Shown here: in pieces, positions 9,154-18,000 of the stretch
Position numbering within the stretch: position 1 is the stretch's first letter
Layout: each line of letters begins with the position of its first letter
IMG/VR virus record: IMGVR_UViG_3300025154_000087
Coordinates: 1,359 to 65,358 of that record
Source: a virus
Taxonomy: Duplodnaviria; Caudoviricetes
Length of the DNA stretch: 64,000 nucleotides
Strand: one strand, 5' to 3'
Program-made: the position numbers and the translations under genes
Notes under the pieces: generated by a model
Database searches by the model: none
What the model was told of the DNA's origin: nothing
The model's input: the letters and a program-made list of their open reading frames with translations, nothing else

Positions 9154-9233
9154 TTTACAAAAGTATTAACTTGCTGTATAGCACTTATATGGAAGAAGGA
9201 ATAGGTTCTTCTCCGAACCACAAAAAGGGAGAT
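9154..9233 (+). promoter_or_regulatory. repeated promoter plus conserved structured leader (copy 2)
   Basis: TTTACA-N17-TATAGC then GGAAGAAGGAATAGGTTCTTCTCCGAACCACAAAAAGGGAGAT. Confidence 0.75.
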
Positions 9234-9239
9234 CCAATA

Positions 9240-9442
9240 ATGTCGATAGAAAAATCGAACAAACCATTAAACAGTGGGAATCATATGTTGCAAACAGTCG
9301 ATTTGCAAATAAGCAATATTGAAATGATTGTATAAAGGATATTGCTGTCCTGAAAAAGAAATTAAACAAACTTTACAAGCTGCATACGAAAACAAGACTG
9401 GAAGATGAAAAAATAATGAGCTGGCTGGATTCAAAATTCTAA
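9240..9442 (+). pseudogene. possible disrupted small gene
   Basis: ATG 9240 gives only 31 aa; the frame starting at 9242 reads 66 codons to TAA 9442 with one internal TGA at 9320. Confidence 0.3.
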
Positions 9443-9481
9443 CCCCAACCGAGTCCGGCGAAATCCCGGCAGGAGAATAAA

Positions 9482-9691
9482 ATGGCAATCTATCAAGACC
9501 AAGTAAGTAAAAGATTAACCGATTTTATTGAGAAACATTTAACCTTTGAAGACAATGGAGATCCTGAAAACGGTCCGTCACTTGACTCTTACTACAATGG
9601 TCCAGAATGGGCGGTGGATTTATACGGTTGTGCAACTGATTGGGCTGAATATCAGTTCATGGTATCTTATTCAAACTACTTTTCGGAATAG
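9482..9691 (+). CDS. hypothetical protein
   Basis: RBS AGGAG, 69 aa. Confidence 0.6.
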   Translation: MAIYQDQVSKRLTDFIEKHLTFEDNGDPENGPSLDSYYNGPEWAVDLYGCATDWAEYQFMVSYSNYFSE

Positions 9692-9702
9692 AATTAACCC
9701 CT

Positions 9703-9960
9703 ATGGATATCCCCCAAGTATATGTGGTAGAGGAACCCATTAAGGTAAAAGCTAAAAAAGGGCCGGATCAATGGAGGATCCGGCTCAGCAATGGGGTTGT
9801 CTGCAACCTCAGAGCTGTAGCCTTTATGATAGGCAAAACTCCAAATTCTATAAAGAATTTAGCAAAACGAAATGGATGGACACATCCTCGATTGTTGACT
9901 CCTGAAAATTTGAATAAGGATAAGATTAAGAAGGTTACAACCCGGAAAAGAAAAAGTTAA
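9703..9960 (+). CDS. basic protein, possible HTH
   Basis: NLRAVAFMIGKTPNSIKNLAKRNGW. Confidence 0.55.
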   Translation: MDIPQVYVVEEPIKVKAKKGPDQWRIRLSNGVVCNLRAVAFMIGKTPNSIKNLAKRNGWTHPRLLTPENLNKDKIKKVTTRKRKS

Positions 9961-9969
9961 AATAACTGG

Positions 9970-9998
9970 TTTACAAAAGTATTAACTTGCTGTATAGT
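9970..9998 (+). promoter_or_regulatory. repeated promoter
   Basis: TTTACAAAAGTATTAACTTGCTGTATAGT, identical to the 21379 copy. Confidence 0.8.
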
Positions 9999-10102
9999 AC
10001 TTATGTAAGGGAAGGGAATTAATCCCTGAACCAAGGCTGGAGGAAACCTTCCAGCCCCCAGTTGAGTGATTAAACAAACCCTAAACCAAGTGGAGGCCAG
10101 CC

Positions 10103-10306
10103 ATGTTAGAACTTACATCTGAACAAAGAGCCAGGGTTAATCGGTGTCGTGTTTATCTGGATAATGAAATGCAGAAGGGAACCATCAACCATTGTCTCCG
10201 GTTATTCAATCAAGGGATGGTCTCGGAGGCTGTTGAGATCTTGGCCGATTTCCAAGAGGTCAGTGAAAGTCAAGCTTATATGTTCTTGTTGAACAAGCAG
10301 GGATGA
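10103..10306 (+). CDS. hypothetical protein
   Basis: RBS GGAGG, 67 aa. Confidence 0.6.
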   Translation: MLELTSEQRARVNRCRVYLDNEMQKGTINHCLRLFNQGMVSEAVEILADFQEVSESQAYMFLLNKQG

Positions 10307-10477
10307 TATGGAAAAGAAAAAGGATGTTATAAAGGAGTTTTTGAACTACTTTCAATTACTCCGGGAAAGTATCGATTGGAGAGTAGATATTCAGAGGGAA
10401 TGGAGGATATTTCTTTACTATAATATCCAGAGACATACCATCCCCAGGGAATCAATAAATTGGGTACTGGAGGCAAA

Positions 10478-11023
10478 ATGAATCTGACAAAAGAATGGTT
10501 CCGGGAACATGGGGCTTGTTCTCCTGGGTATAATTGGGTACTCCATCGGAAAAACGAGGATGCCCTTGAGACCATGCAGGCCTTGTTATCGATTTCTCGG
10601 ATTGATTGGGCTGATTGGGTTTTAGCCCGGTTATTGGAAAAGGAAGACCAAGTCCGGGTAACTCTGTTTATATTAGAGGAAATACTCCCTACTTTTATAA
10701 AGAGAAACCCAAACGCCGAGCATGGTCTTTTATTTGATTCTCAAGACCATATTAAGAAGTTCTTGGATCCTGAAGAAAATACTCGGGAAAATCGGTTTAT
10801 CTCTCGTACTATGGCTATGGATCTTACTTGCGATCATTTCCGAGGGGATCCTGACGATCTCTATGATTTTATGGTATATGCTTTAGGGGTCACTTATGCC
10901 GATACCATTGATCTTCGGCATAGTTGTACTTCTTATTTGATGGATAAAGCTTTTTCTATGGGAGGAAAAGAATTTCACCGAAAAATGTTTGAGTATAGTA
11001 TAAAATTAGCTGATTTGGATTAA
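10478..11023 (+). CDS. hypothetical protein
   Basis: MNLTKEW...GAC-x-x-GY-x-W N-terminus common in phage proteins; RBS GGAGG. Confidence 0.65.
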   Translation: MNLTKEWFREHGACSPGYNWVLHRKNEDALETMQALLSISRIDWADWVLARLLEKEDQVRVTLFILEEILPTFIKRNPNAEHGLLFDSQDHIKKFLDPEENTRENRFISRTMAMDLTCDHFRGDPDDLYDFMVYALGVTYADTIDLRHSCTSYLMDKAFSMGGKEFHRKMFEYSIKLADLD

Positions 11024-11199
11024 AGGAGGGACCATGAAGGAAATCGTTTGTAAAGAATACCCTAATGCCCAGGCATCCGTCATCTGTATTAATATCTGGA
11101 CTGTTCGTATAAAACCCCATGGCCGAGTCCTGGGTATGGGGAGTACAGAAGAAAAGGCCTGGATTGATGCAGTTAAAACAATGAAAAAGGAGAAAAGAA

Positions 11200-11424
11200 A
11201 TGGATAGAATCTATATTACTTTTGGACAAGCCCATGTCCATCGAGTGAATAATATAATTTTCGACCATAACTGCGTCGCTGTCATCCCTTGTATTAATGA
11301 GGGGCATGGTCGGAAAAAAGCCTTTGAGTATTTCGGGGATAAGTGGGCTTTTTCCTATGATGAAAAAGCGATAACCGAACATTTCATGAGTTATTTTCCT
11401 CGGGGTTTGATCGAATTATCTTAA
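11200..11424 (+). CDS. hypothetical protein
   Basis: YITFGQ-x-H...FG-x-KWAF-x-Y motif; RBS AGGAG. Confidence 0.65.
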   Translation: MDRIYITFGQAHVHRVNNIIFDHNCVAVIPCINEGHGRKKAFEYFGDKWAFSYDEKAITEHFMSYFPRGLIELS

Positions 11425-11439
11425 TAACAGGAGGTTTCT

Positions 11440-12426
11440 ATGAATAAAAAGAGAATACGGACCCATTTACAGCGGGTATTCGATAACTGGGTACAATCCA
11501 TAAAAAATCCAGAAGTTGCCCAAATGGTCAGGAATAATACCATTATCACAGGGGGAGCCATTGCTTCTCTTTTGAAATCGGAGCCCCCCAAAGATTATGA
11601 TATCTATTTCCGAAACAAGGAAACAACTTTGAGGGTCGCTCAGTATTACGTAGATTGGGTCAATGGAGACCCTGATACTCAAGATCGGGGGCATAAAGCT
11701 TTTGTCCTGGATGGGGACCGAGACATTGATGAACAAATCCGGGAAGTAGGACAATCTCCCTGGAACTCTGTCATGCTATCGACAACTCTCCCTGGTCAAG
11801 TGAAAGTGATTATTCGCTCCGATGGAGTAGCAGGAACACTGCCCGTGCCTGAAGATCAATTCGATACAATGGAGGATATCCCGGAAGAAATACTGGATCC
11901 TCCCTCAATGGAAGGGGAACCCGAAAAAGAAAAATATCGACCAATCTTCCTAACATCAAATGCTATTACACTCAGCGATCGAATCCAGCTAATCATTCGT
12001 TTCTATGGGGAGCCGGAGGAACTCCACAAAACCTATGATTTTATCCATTGCTGTAATTATTGGTGTTCTTGGGAGCCAGGGGTTGTTTCCCTGAACCCCG
12101 AATCCTTGGAATCCCTGATGAACAAGGAATTAATCTACCGGGGGAGCTTATACCCGATATGCTCGCTTTTCCGCATGAGGAAATTCCTTTCCCGTGGTTG
12201 GAAGATCAATGCGGGACAGATCCTGAAAATATCCTTTCAAATATCAGATCTTGACCTGACCAGCATTGAGGTTCTAAATGACCAGTTGATAGGGGTAGAT
12301 ACATTGTACTTTGCCCATTTCATCGATCAATTGGTCAAAGCAAAAGAAAACTTCGAAAAGGAGGGTAAAGAGTTCAAAATCACAACCGGCTATTTGGAAA
12401 CAATTATAGATAGGATTTTCGGGTAA
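11440..12426 (+). CDS. Pol-beta superfamily nucleotidyltransferase-like protein
   Basis: ITGGAIASLL...PKDYDIYF, NAITLS, YDFIHC, R-x-x-KF-x-x-RGW. Confidence 0.7.
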   Translation: MNKKRIRTHLQRVFDNWVQSIKNPEVAQMVRNNTIITGGAIASLLKSEPPKDYDIYFRNKETTLRVAQYYVDWVNGDPDTQDRGHKAFVLDGDRDIDEQIREVGQSPWNSVMLSTTLPGQVKVIIRSDGVAGTLPVPEDQFDTMEDIPEEILDPPSMEGEPEKEKYRPIFLTSNAITLSDRIQLIIRFYGEPEELHKTYDFIHCCNYWCSWEPGVVSLNPESLESLMNKELIYRGSLYPICSLFRMRKFLSRGWKINAGQILKISFQISDLDLTSIEVLNDQLIGVDTLYFAHFIDQLVKAKENFEKEGKEFKITTGYLETIIDRIFG

Positions 12427-12441
12427 AGCAAAAAATAATTG

Positions 12442-12470
12442 TTTACAAAACAGTCTTTAAGTATTATTAT
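12442..12470 (+). promoter_or_regulatory. sigma70-type promoter heading the modification operon
   Basis: TTTACA-N17-TATTAT. Confidence 0.6.
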
Positions 12471-12522
12471 ACTTGAATAGTCAACCAGTCATTCAATAAC
12501 CAAAAACCTAAGGAGAAGCATT

Positions 12523-13182
12523 ATGTCAGACTTTGAAAAATTCTACGTGAACGAGGACTTCACCCTGGCCTTGGAGGTGGATGTAATCAATGCCGATGGA
12601 TCTTTGATCCCTGGAGTATCCTGCATTGAGTCGTTCGAGGATTTGATGAAGCTGGAAAAGGACAAGATCCTCAAAATTCATGCGTCGATCATGGGGCAGA
12701 ATTCCCCGGCCGATGAGAAAAAAAGCTCGAAGAAATTGGTGAATGAAATCATTGCCGAGTTGACCAAGGACAACCCGAAAACTCCGGAGTCAGCACCGCC
12801 GCCGAAAGCCACGAAAGCCACGAAAGAGCCTAAACCTCCGAAACCCCCGAAAGAGCCTAAACCACCGAAGGAGCCCAAGGAGAAGAAACCCTCCAAAATG
12901 GATCGGATCAAAGAAATCGTGAAGGAACGGGGATCAATCTCCCGTAAAGAGTTGGCCGGTCTCATCGGCTCCGATGAAGTGAATACCCATACAATGATTT
13001 CCATTCTGAAGAATCCGGCGCGGACCAAAGAGCCGACTGCCTTTGTATATGATCGAGCGACTTCCACCTACTATTGGCCTGGTGTTCCGGTCCCGGAACC
13101 TCCGCCAGCACCTGCGGCACCGCCGGCTGAAGATGAACACAAATTGGAAGATCAACTTCCGCCGTCCGCTATGATGGAATAA
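12523..13182 (+). CDS. DNA-binding protein with P/K/E-rich linker and C-terminal winged HTH
   Basis: KEPKPPKPPKEPK repeats; ISRKELAGLIGSDE HTH; paralogue of 21466..21894. Confidence 0.65.
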   Translation: MSDFEKFYVNEDFTLALEVDVINADGSLIPGVSCIESFEDLMKLEKDKILKIHASIMGQNSPADEKKSSKKLVNEIIAELTKDNPKTPESAPPPKATKATKEPKPPKPPKEPKPPKEPKEKKPSKMDRIKEIVKERGSISRKELAGLIGSDEVNTHTMISILKNPARTKEPTAFVYDRATSTYYWPGVPVPEPPPAPAAPPAEDEHKLEDQLPPSAMME

Positions 13183-13196
13183 GCCGCCGGCCCGCC

Positions 13197-13715
13197 ATGA
13201 CTTTCCGTATAATAGTCGAAGGTCCTGATGGCTCTGGGAAAACTCAACTGATAAGCTGGTTAGCTTTACGGCTGGGTTTTCCCATTTATCCTACACAAGG
13301 ACCCCCTAAAAATCCATCCGAGATAGTTCATCGAGTTATCTCTTCCCTCCAGTTATACGGGTATATTTTTGACCGTTTTCCCCTAATATCTCAAATGGTT
13401 TATGGACCAATTTTGAGAGACGAATATATTTTTGACAATCTATGGCTTAATCGTTTTGACGATAGAGACATTATAATTTATTGCAGGCCTCCCATTGGGA
13501 CCATACTACAAAATAATCTTAAAGTAAAACCCCATAAGAATCAAGAACATATACAGAAAGTAAATGAAAATCGATTAAAAATAATTAATAGCTATGATGA
13601 TATCATGGGTAAAGTGTCCATCCACCATAGATATTTTTATCTGTATAACTATTTAGAAAGAACTCCGGAGGACTTATGTGCGGAATTAACTTGTGTTTTG
13701 GGGAAAGCAATATAA
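13197..13715 (+). CDS. deoxynucleoside monophosphate kinase (TMP kinase-like)
   Basis: IVEGPDGSGKT P-loop, IFDRF-x-x-x-S-x-x-VYG. Confidence 0.85.
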   Translation: MTFRIIVEGPDGSGKTQLISWLALRLGFPIYPTQGPPKNPSEIVHRVISSLQLYGYIFDRFPLISQMVYGPILRDEYIFDNLWLNRFDDRDIIIYCRPPIGTILQNNLKVKPHKNQEHIQKVNENRLKIINSYDDIMGKVSIHHRYFYLYNYLERTPEDLCAELTCVLGKAI

Positions 13716-15043
13716 AGTTGATGAATAAACTCTTAGCCCACCGTGGGATAAGAGAGACCCATGTTGAATTAGAAAAAGGAATTTTTCTTGGGCATGTCCG
13801 CTTACCCATTCAAGGGTTAGGTGAATGTTTCGACCATCCCTATACTTTTGGTCCAATTACTGGAGCTTTTGTCGGGGAAATATTTAATTATAACAGTATA
13901 GATTCGAGGGCAAAGTCAGACCTCCCCGTATTGATTCATTCTTACTTTGAAGAAGGAGATGAGGCTTTTAAAAGATTCGATGGTTTTTGGGCCGTTATAC
14001 TATACAACAAGATTCAGAGAGAATTTAGGGTAATGGTGGATTTCCTGGCCAAGAAACCCTTATATATGAGATTGGATACACTGGGGATATCATCTGAGAT
14101 AAAAGCATTGATTCCCTTGGGGGATGTCTCCCTTAATAAGACTTATATTTCTGCTGTTCATAAATGGGGATATTGTCCTGACTACACGACAATCTTTAAT
14201 GAAATCGTCAAGATACCTCCGGGGGGTTGCGTAGTAATCGACCATAAAGGCCAAATAAAAGGCACATACATTTATGATAAATTAGAACCAAAACTCCTAT
14301 TGATATCGAATGAACTTACATTAGCTGTCAAAAATCGAACAGTTTCCGATGTCCCCATATCATTGCTTATGAGTGGTGGACTCGATAGCACCATTATCTA
14401 TTATTTACTCCGGGAGTTCCAGGAGAACATAAAGATTTTTCATATTGCAAATGATGAGGCTCAGTACTTGGATTATATCGATTTTCGCCCAGGGGATCAA
14501 GTAACTTCTTTAGAGATCCCCACCGAAATAACAAATACAACAACCTTACAGGACATCCTTTATTATAATGATGGTCCCGTTGATCTTGGGTCCATGATCC
14601 CACAATTTCTTCTTGCGAAAGAAATCAGAAAACATGGTATAAGTGTTTGCTTATCCGGAGATGGAGCTGATGAATTATTCGGAGGATACAAAAGAGCTAT
14701 GCAGTATGATTCCCAATATTCAGATATATTTCATGAATTGGTTTTCTATCATCTCCCCCGGTTGGATAAAATGATGATGTCATCCATGGTCGAATTACGT
14801 TCCCCCTTTTTAGCGAGGAGCGTGATTGAAGCAGCTATGGCTTTACCTTATTTTACTCGTATGGGGAAAAATGGGTTAAAAGCCATATTCCAAGGAATCA
14901 TCCCGAAAGAAATTTTGGATCGAGAAAAGAAACCTCTGAGATTTAAGGAGAATCAACGAGTAAGACTTATTCATTTATATACAAATACCTTTGATATAAT
15001 GATTAAAAATTCATCAATGGAGAGAAACCATGAATGTAAATGA
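13676..15043 (+). CDS. asparagine synthetase B-like amidotransferase
   Basis: N-terminal MCGI Ntn Cys, HRG, GEIFNY, SGGLDS PP-loop, SGDGADELFGGY, RLDKM...ELRSPFL. Confidence 0.9.
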   Translation: MCGINLCFGESNIKLMNKLLAHRGIRETHVELEKGIFLGHVRLPIQGLGECFDHPYTFGPITGAFVGEIFNYNSIDSRAKSDLPVLIHSYFEEGDEAFKRFDGFWAVILYNKIQREFRVMVDFLAKKPLYMRLDTLGISSEIKALIPLGDVSLNKTYISAVHKWGYCPDYTTIFNEIVKIPPGGCVVIDHKGQIKGTYIYDKLEPKLLLISNELTLAVKNRTVSDVPISLLMSGGLDSTIIYYLLREFQENIKIFHIANDEAQYLDYIDFRPGDQVTSLEIPTEITNTTTLQDILYYNDGPVDLGSMIPQFLLAKEIRKHGISVCLSGDGADELFGGYKRAMQYDSQYSDIFHELVFYHLPRLDKMMMSSMVELRSPFLARSVIEAAMALPYFTRMGKNGLKAIFQGIIPKEILDREKKPLRFKENQRVRLIHLYTNTFDIMIKNSSMERNHECK

Positions 15044-15692
15044 TGTTGTAATAAGCGGAGTTATTAAAGGGGATATGCTGGAATCCATTTTTGAGCATCA
15101 ACGAGCCCTTATGGAAAAGTATCACCATATAGAAGAAAACCAGGGTGTAGGGTATGGGATCCTGGCTGGAAGGGTCTTTAATCTCAATGAGATTAGATCT
15201 CAGTGTCTGTTGAAAGATTTTGCCTGGAGAGTGACAGAAGAAGTAATGGAGGCAACAGATTCCTTTAAGGATGGGGATGAAAATGATACTCATTATCTGG
15301 AAGAATTAGCAGACGCTTTGCACTTCATGACGGAACTTTGTATTGTTGCTGGGATCACTCCTGATATGATCACGCAGGACCCATTACTCCAGGGATATAC
15401 GGGGGATAAACTGAAAGGGTTATTCTTGATCGCATATACAGAAGGATCCAGAGTGGAAGTCGCCTATTCCATCATTCAGCATCTGGGAAATGCTATGAAC
15501 TGTCTGAAGCAAAAACCCTGGAAACAAACCCACATTCTGACGGATACAAAACGATTTAAGCAATATATCATTCTTGCTTATAAAGCGATCATTCAGCTAT
15601 GGTATCGAAACGATTCTTCCGCGGAGAGTATGTATAACTATTATCTCCGTAAAAACCAAGTAAATCAATTTAGACAAAGGAGTAAGTACTAA
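15030..15692 (+). CDS. dimeric dUTPase/dCTPase (T4 gp56-like, all-alpha)
   Basis: EEVMEA, EELADALHF, KPWK, K-x-x-VN-x-FRQ. Confidence 0.8.
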   Translation: MNVNDVVISGVIKGDMLESIFEHQRALMEKYHHIEENQGVGYGILAGRVFNLNEIRSQCLLKDFAWRVTEEVMEATDSFKDGDENDTHYLEELADALHFMTELCIVAGITPDMITQDPLLQGYTGDKLKGLFLIAYTEGSRVEVAYSIIQHLGNAMNCLKQKPWKQTHILTDTKRFKQYIILAYKAIIQLWYRNDSSAESMYNYYLRKNQVNQFRQRSKY

Positions 15693-16879
15693 TGAAAGCG
15701 ATTGGTATCACTTGCGGTATTGGGTCCATGCTTGTCGGAGCCAAAAAGGCCGGGTTTGATGTTGTGGGAAACATTGAATGGCGACGATATTACCATGTCA
15801 AAGATGGGAATGGGAAAAACACTTTTTTAGAGAACTTCCCAGGAGCCATTTTTGCAAAGACCCTTGATGATCTTTCCCCCGAACAACGGGAGATCATGAC
15901 TAATGCTGATATAGCATTCGGACATCCGGAATGTGGGAACTATTCTAATTTAACGGCGACGGCTCCCTCAAGTAAATCATTATCAGAATTTAATTCAGAT
16001 CCGGGGGATATTCCCATCTTTGCCGGAATCGTTGCCGCACTGAAACCCCGTTTTTTCGTTCAGGACAATCTTCCTAAATCCCTTCTTGGTTTCAGTATCC
16101 AGCAATGGGTTGATGCTTTACCCGATTATGATCTTTTCCCGGAGTGGGTTTCTAACTGGGGTTATGGAAACATCCAAAAATACAGGAATCGATTCTTCAT
16201 GATTGGAGCTCTTAAATCGGAAAGATTTTCCTTCGTTCCGGGGGAGCATCAGCAATCCATAACTTTGAGGAAAATCTTGCAGAATCTTCCCTCCATTAAC
16301 CAAGATCCCCATACGCTTGTCGGGACCACCTACCGGGGGAAAGGAAACTATTCAGAAAAAGCAATGAACTGGGCTCAATACCAGGAATACATGCAAAATC
16401 AACCGGACGGATGGACCATCGGGTACTATGCAGAGGATGGGACCTGGAAAAAACATGTTGGCTGCCGGAAAGGATTTAAGGATGATTATTGCCCTGTCAT
16501 AACTGGGGGAGTCCCCATTGCTAACCCCTTTACCTGTTTGCCTTTTACTCTCCGGGAACGTTGCCGAATCCAGGGGTTGCCTGATGACTTCATCATCTAT
16601 GGGCTGAGGAAGTTTGAAGATGGCACCTTCAGCCATGTTTTAAACGGGAATGTTAACCGACAAGTAGGAAAATGTATGCCTGTCCAATTCTGTGAATATG
16701 TAGCAAAACAGATCATAACTCATATAACCTCTGATTTTGGTTTTATGGGAAAGCCAACCCGGATACTACAAGAAAACCCCCTGGTGACAGAGGCCAAACT
16801 TTGGTACTGCGAGAATATTGGCTATACCAATCAACGAGAAGCTTGCCAAAATTGCTGGAAGAAGGGAAAATGTCAATAG
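15692..16879 (+). CDS. divergent C5-cytosine methyltransferase homologue
   Basis: Motif I TCGIGS, IV GHPECG, VI QDNL, VIII Q-x-x-RNR, IX TLRER-x-RIQG-x-PDDF, X QVGKCMP. Confidence 0.8.
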   Translation: MKAIGITCGIGSMLVGAKKAGFDVVGNIEWRRYYHVKDGNGKNTFLENFPGAIFAKTLDDLSPEQREIMTNADIAFGHPECGNYSNLTATAPSSKSLSEFNSDPGDIPIFAGIVAALKPRFFVQDNLPKSLLGFSIQQWVDALPDYDLFPEWVSNWGYGNIQKYRNRFFMIGALKSERFSFVPGEHQQSITLRKILQNLPSINQDPHTLVGTTYRGKGNYSEKAMNWAQYQEYMQNQPDGWTIGYYAEDGTWKKHVGCRKGFKDDYCPVITGGVPIANPFTCLPFTLRERCRIQGLPDDFIIYGLRKFEDGTFSHVLNGNVNRQVGKCMPVQFCEYVAKQIITHITSDFGFMGKPTRILQENPLVTEAKLWYCENIGYTNQREACQNCWKKGKCQ

Positions 16880-16892
16880 CGTAATCTTTTTA

Positions 16893-16921
16893 TTTACAAA
16901 AGAATTATTTTGATATATACT
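16893..16921 (+). promoter_or_regulatory. sigma70-type promoter
   Basis: TTTACA-N17-TATACT. Confidence 0.65.
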
Positions 16922-16969
16922 TAAACATGGGGTATTTATTAAAATAATTCTTTGGTCGGGAGGTTCGAT

Positions 16970-17245
16970 ATGGCAACGAAAGTCGAAAAACTAAGACAGG
17001 AGTTTTGTGAAAAGATCGAGGCTATGGGGATCAAAAAAGATACCTATGGTCGTTATAGATTCGAAGGGAAAAATGCCCTGGATGATCCGGCTATTTTCCG
17101 AATAAAACTCCAGAAGATTTCTTGGAGGTTCGAAGTAAAGGGGAAACTTACAGGTCAATGGGTCAAACTGATGGCCGGCTATTATACTGATGGACTCCCC
17201 TTGAAATTACAGGGGTCCATCCAAAGAAAGTTGAATCAATTTTAA
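16970..17245 (+). CDS. hypothetical protein
   Basis: RBS GGGAGG before ATG 16970. Confidence 0.6.
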   Translation: MATKVEKLRQEFCEKIEAMGIKKDTYGRYRFEGKNALDDPAIFRIKLQKISWRFEVKGKLTGQWVKLMAGYYTDGLPLKLQGSIQRKLNQF

Positions 17246-17274
17246 TAAAAGTTAAAAATACAGGAGGATTATTA

Positions 17275-18000
17275 ATGAGAATTTTCACCGACCCCATGGA
17301 AATGATAAAGGAAGTTGAGCGAGATCTCTTTGAAATGGGGACAATCTACCAGTCCGATACATGTCAGGACAAGATTGTAACCTTCGACCCCAACTATCAA
17401 ACGAAGGAATTATTCGGTTATGCCTATATGCTGACTGATTTTCCTGAAGATAGGTTGGAGGAGATGGTTACATATACCGGATATCTCGAGGGTAAGAATA
17501 ATTGGGTAGATGCCGAAGTAAATGAAAGACTTTTCGATTCCTTCGATATTAGTGCCCCACCTAATCCGGGGGATTCCTGGAGACAAAACTCTGATTTATG
17601 GGGACCTTTTCTTCGGAATGGGTGTTTCTCTTATTCTTACGCTGAAAGATGGAGAGCCCAATTGCCCTATATAATTCGGGAACTCCAAACCAAACCCAAT
17701 ACTCGGCAGACAGTTATGACTATGTATGACCGGCACGAAGACATGATGAACTGGGGAGGAAGAGACCGCGTGCCTTGTTCTATTTCCTATCAATTTGGTA
17801 TACGGGAGGATAGACTGATCGTTATCTATTCTCAGCGGTCCTGTGATTTCATCAAGTTTTTTGCTGCCGATGTCTACTTTACCATTCGATTGCTCCAATA
17901 TGTTGCTTCAGCAATTGGAAGGGAACCGGGGCAGTTCATCCACTTCCTGGGGTCACTCCATGCTTTCCAGGGGGATCTCCTTAAAAGAGGCATCTTCTAA
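17275..18000 (+). CDS. thymidylate synthase homologue, dCMP hydroxymethyl/methyltransferase type (TS2)
   Basis: TRQ, RVPCS, QRSCDFIKFFAAD with Asp at the N177 position, GSLH. Confidence 0.8.
   Translation: MRIFTDPMEMIKEVERDLFEMGTIYQSDTCQDKIVTFDPNYQTKELFGYAYMLTDFPEDRLEEMVTYTGYLEGKNNWVDAEVNERLFDSFDISAPPNPGDSWRQNSDLWGPFLRNGCFSYSYAERWRAQLPYIIRELQTKPNTRQTVMTMYDRHEDMMNWGGRDRVPCSISYQFGIREDRLIVIYSQRSCDFIKFFAADVYFTIRLLQYVASAIGREPGQFIHFLGSLHAFQGDLLKRGIF

Noticed and set aside
9191-9233. preQ1-I riboswitch call for the repeated leader
   Set aside because: Similar size and pseudoknot topology, but stem register and ligand-binding positions do not clearly match, and no queuosine genes are present; kept only as an unnamed switch candidate.
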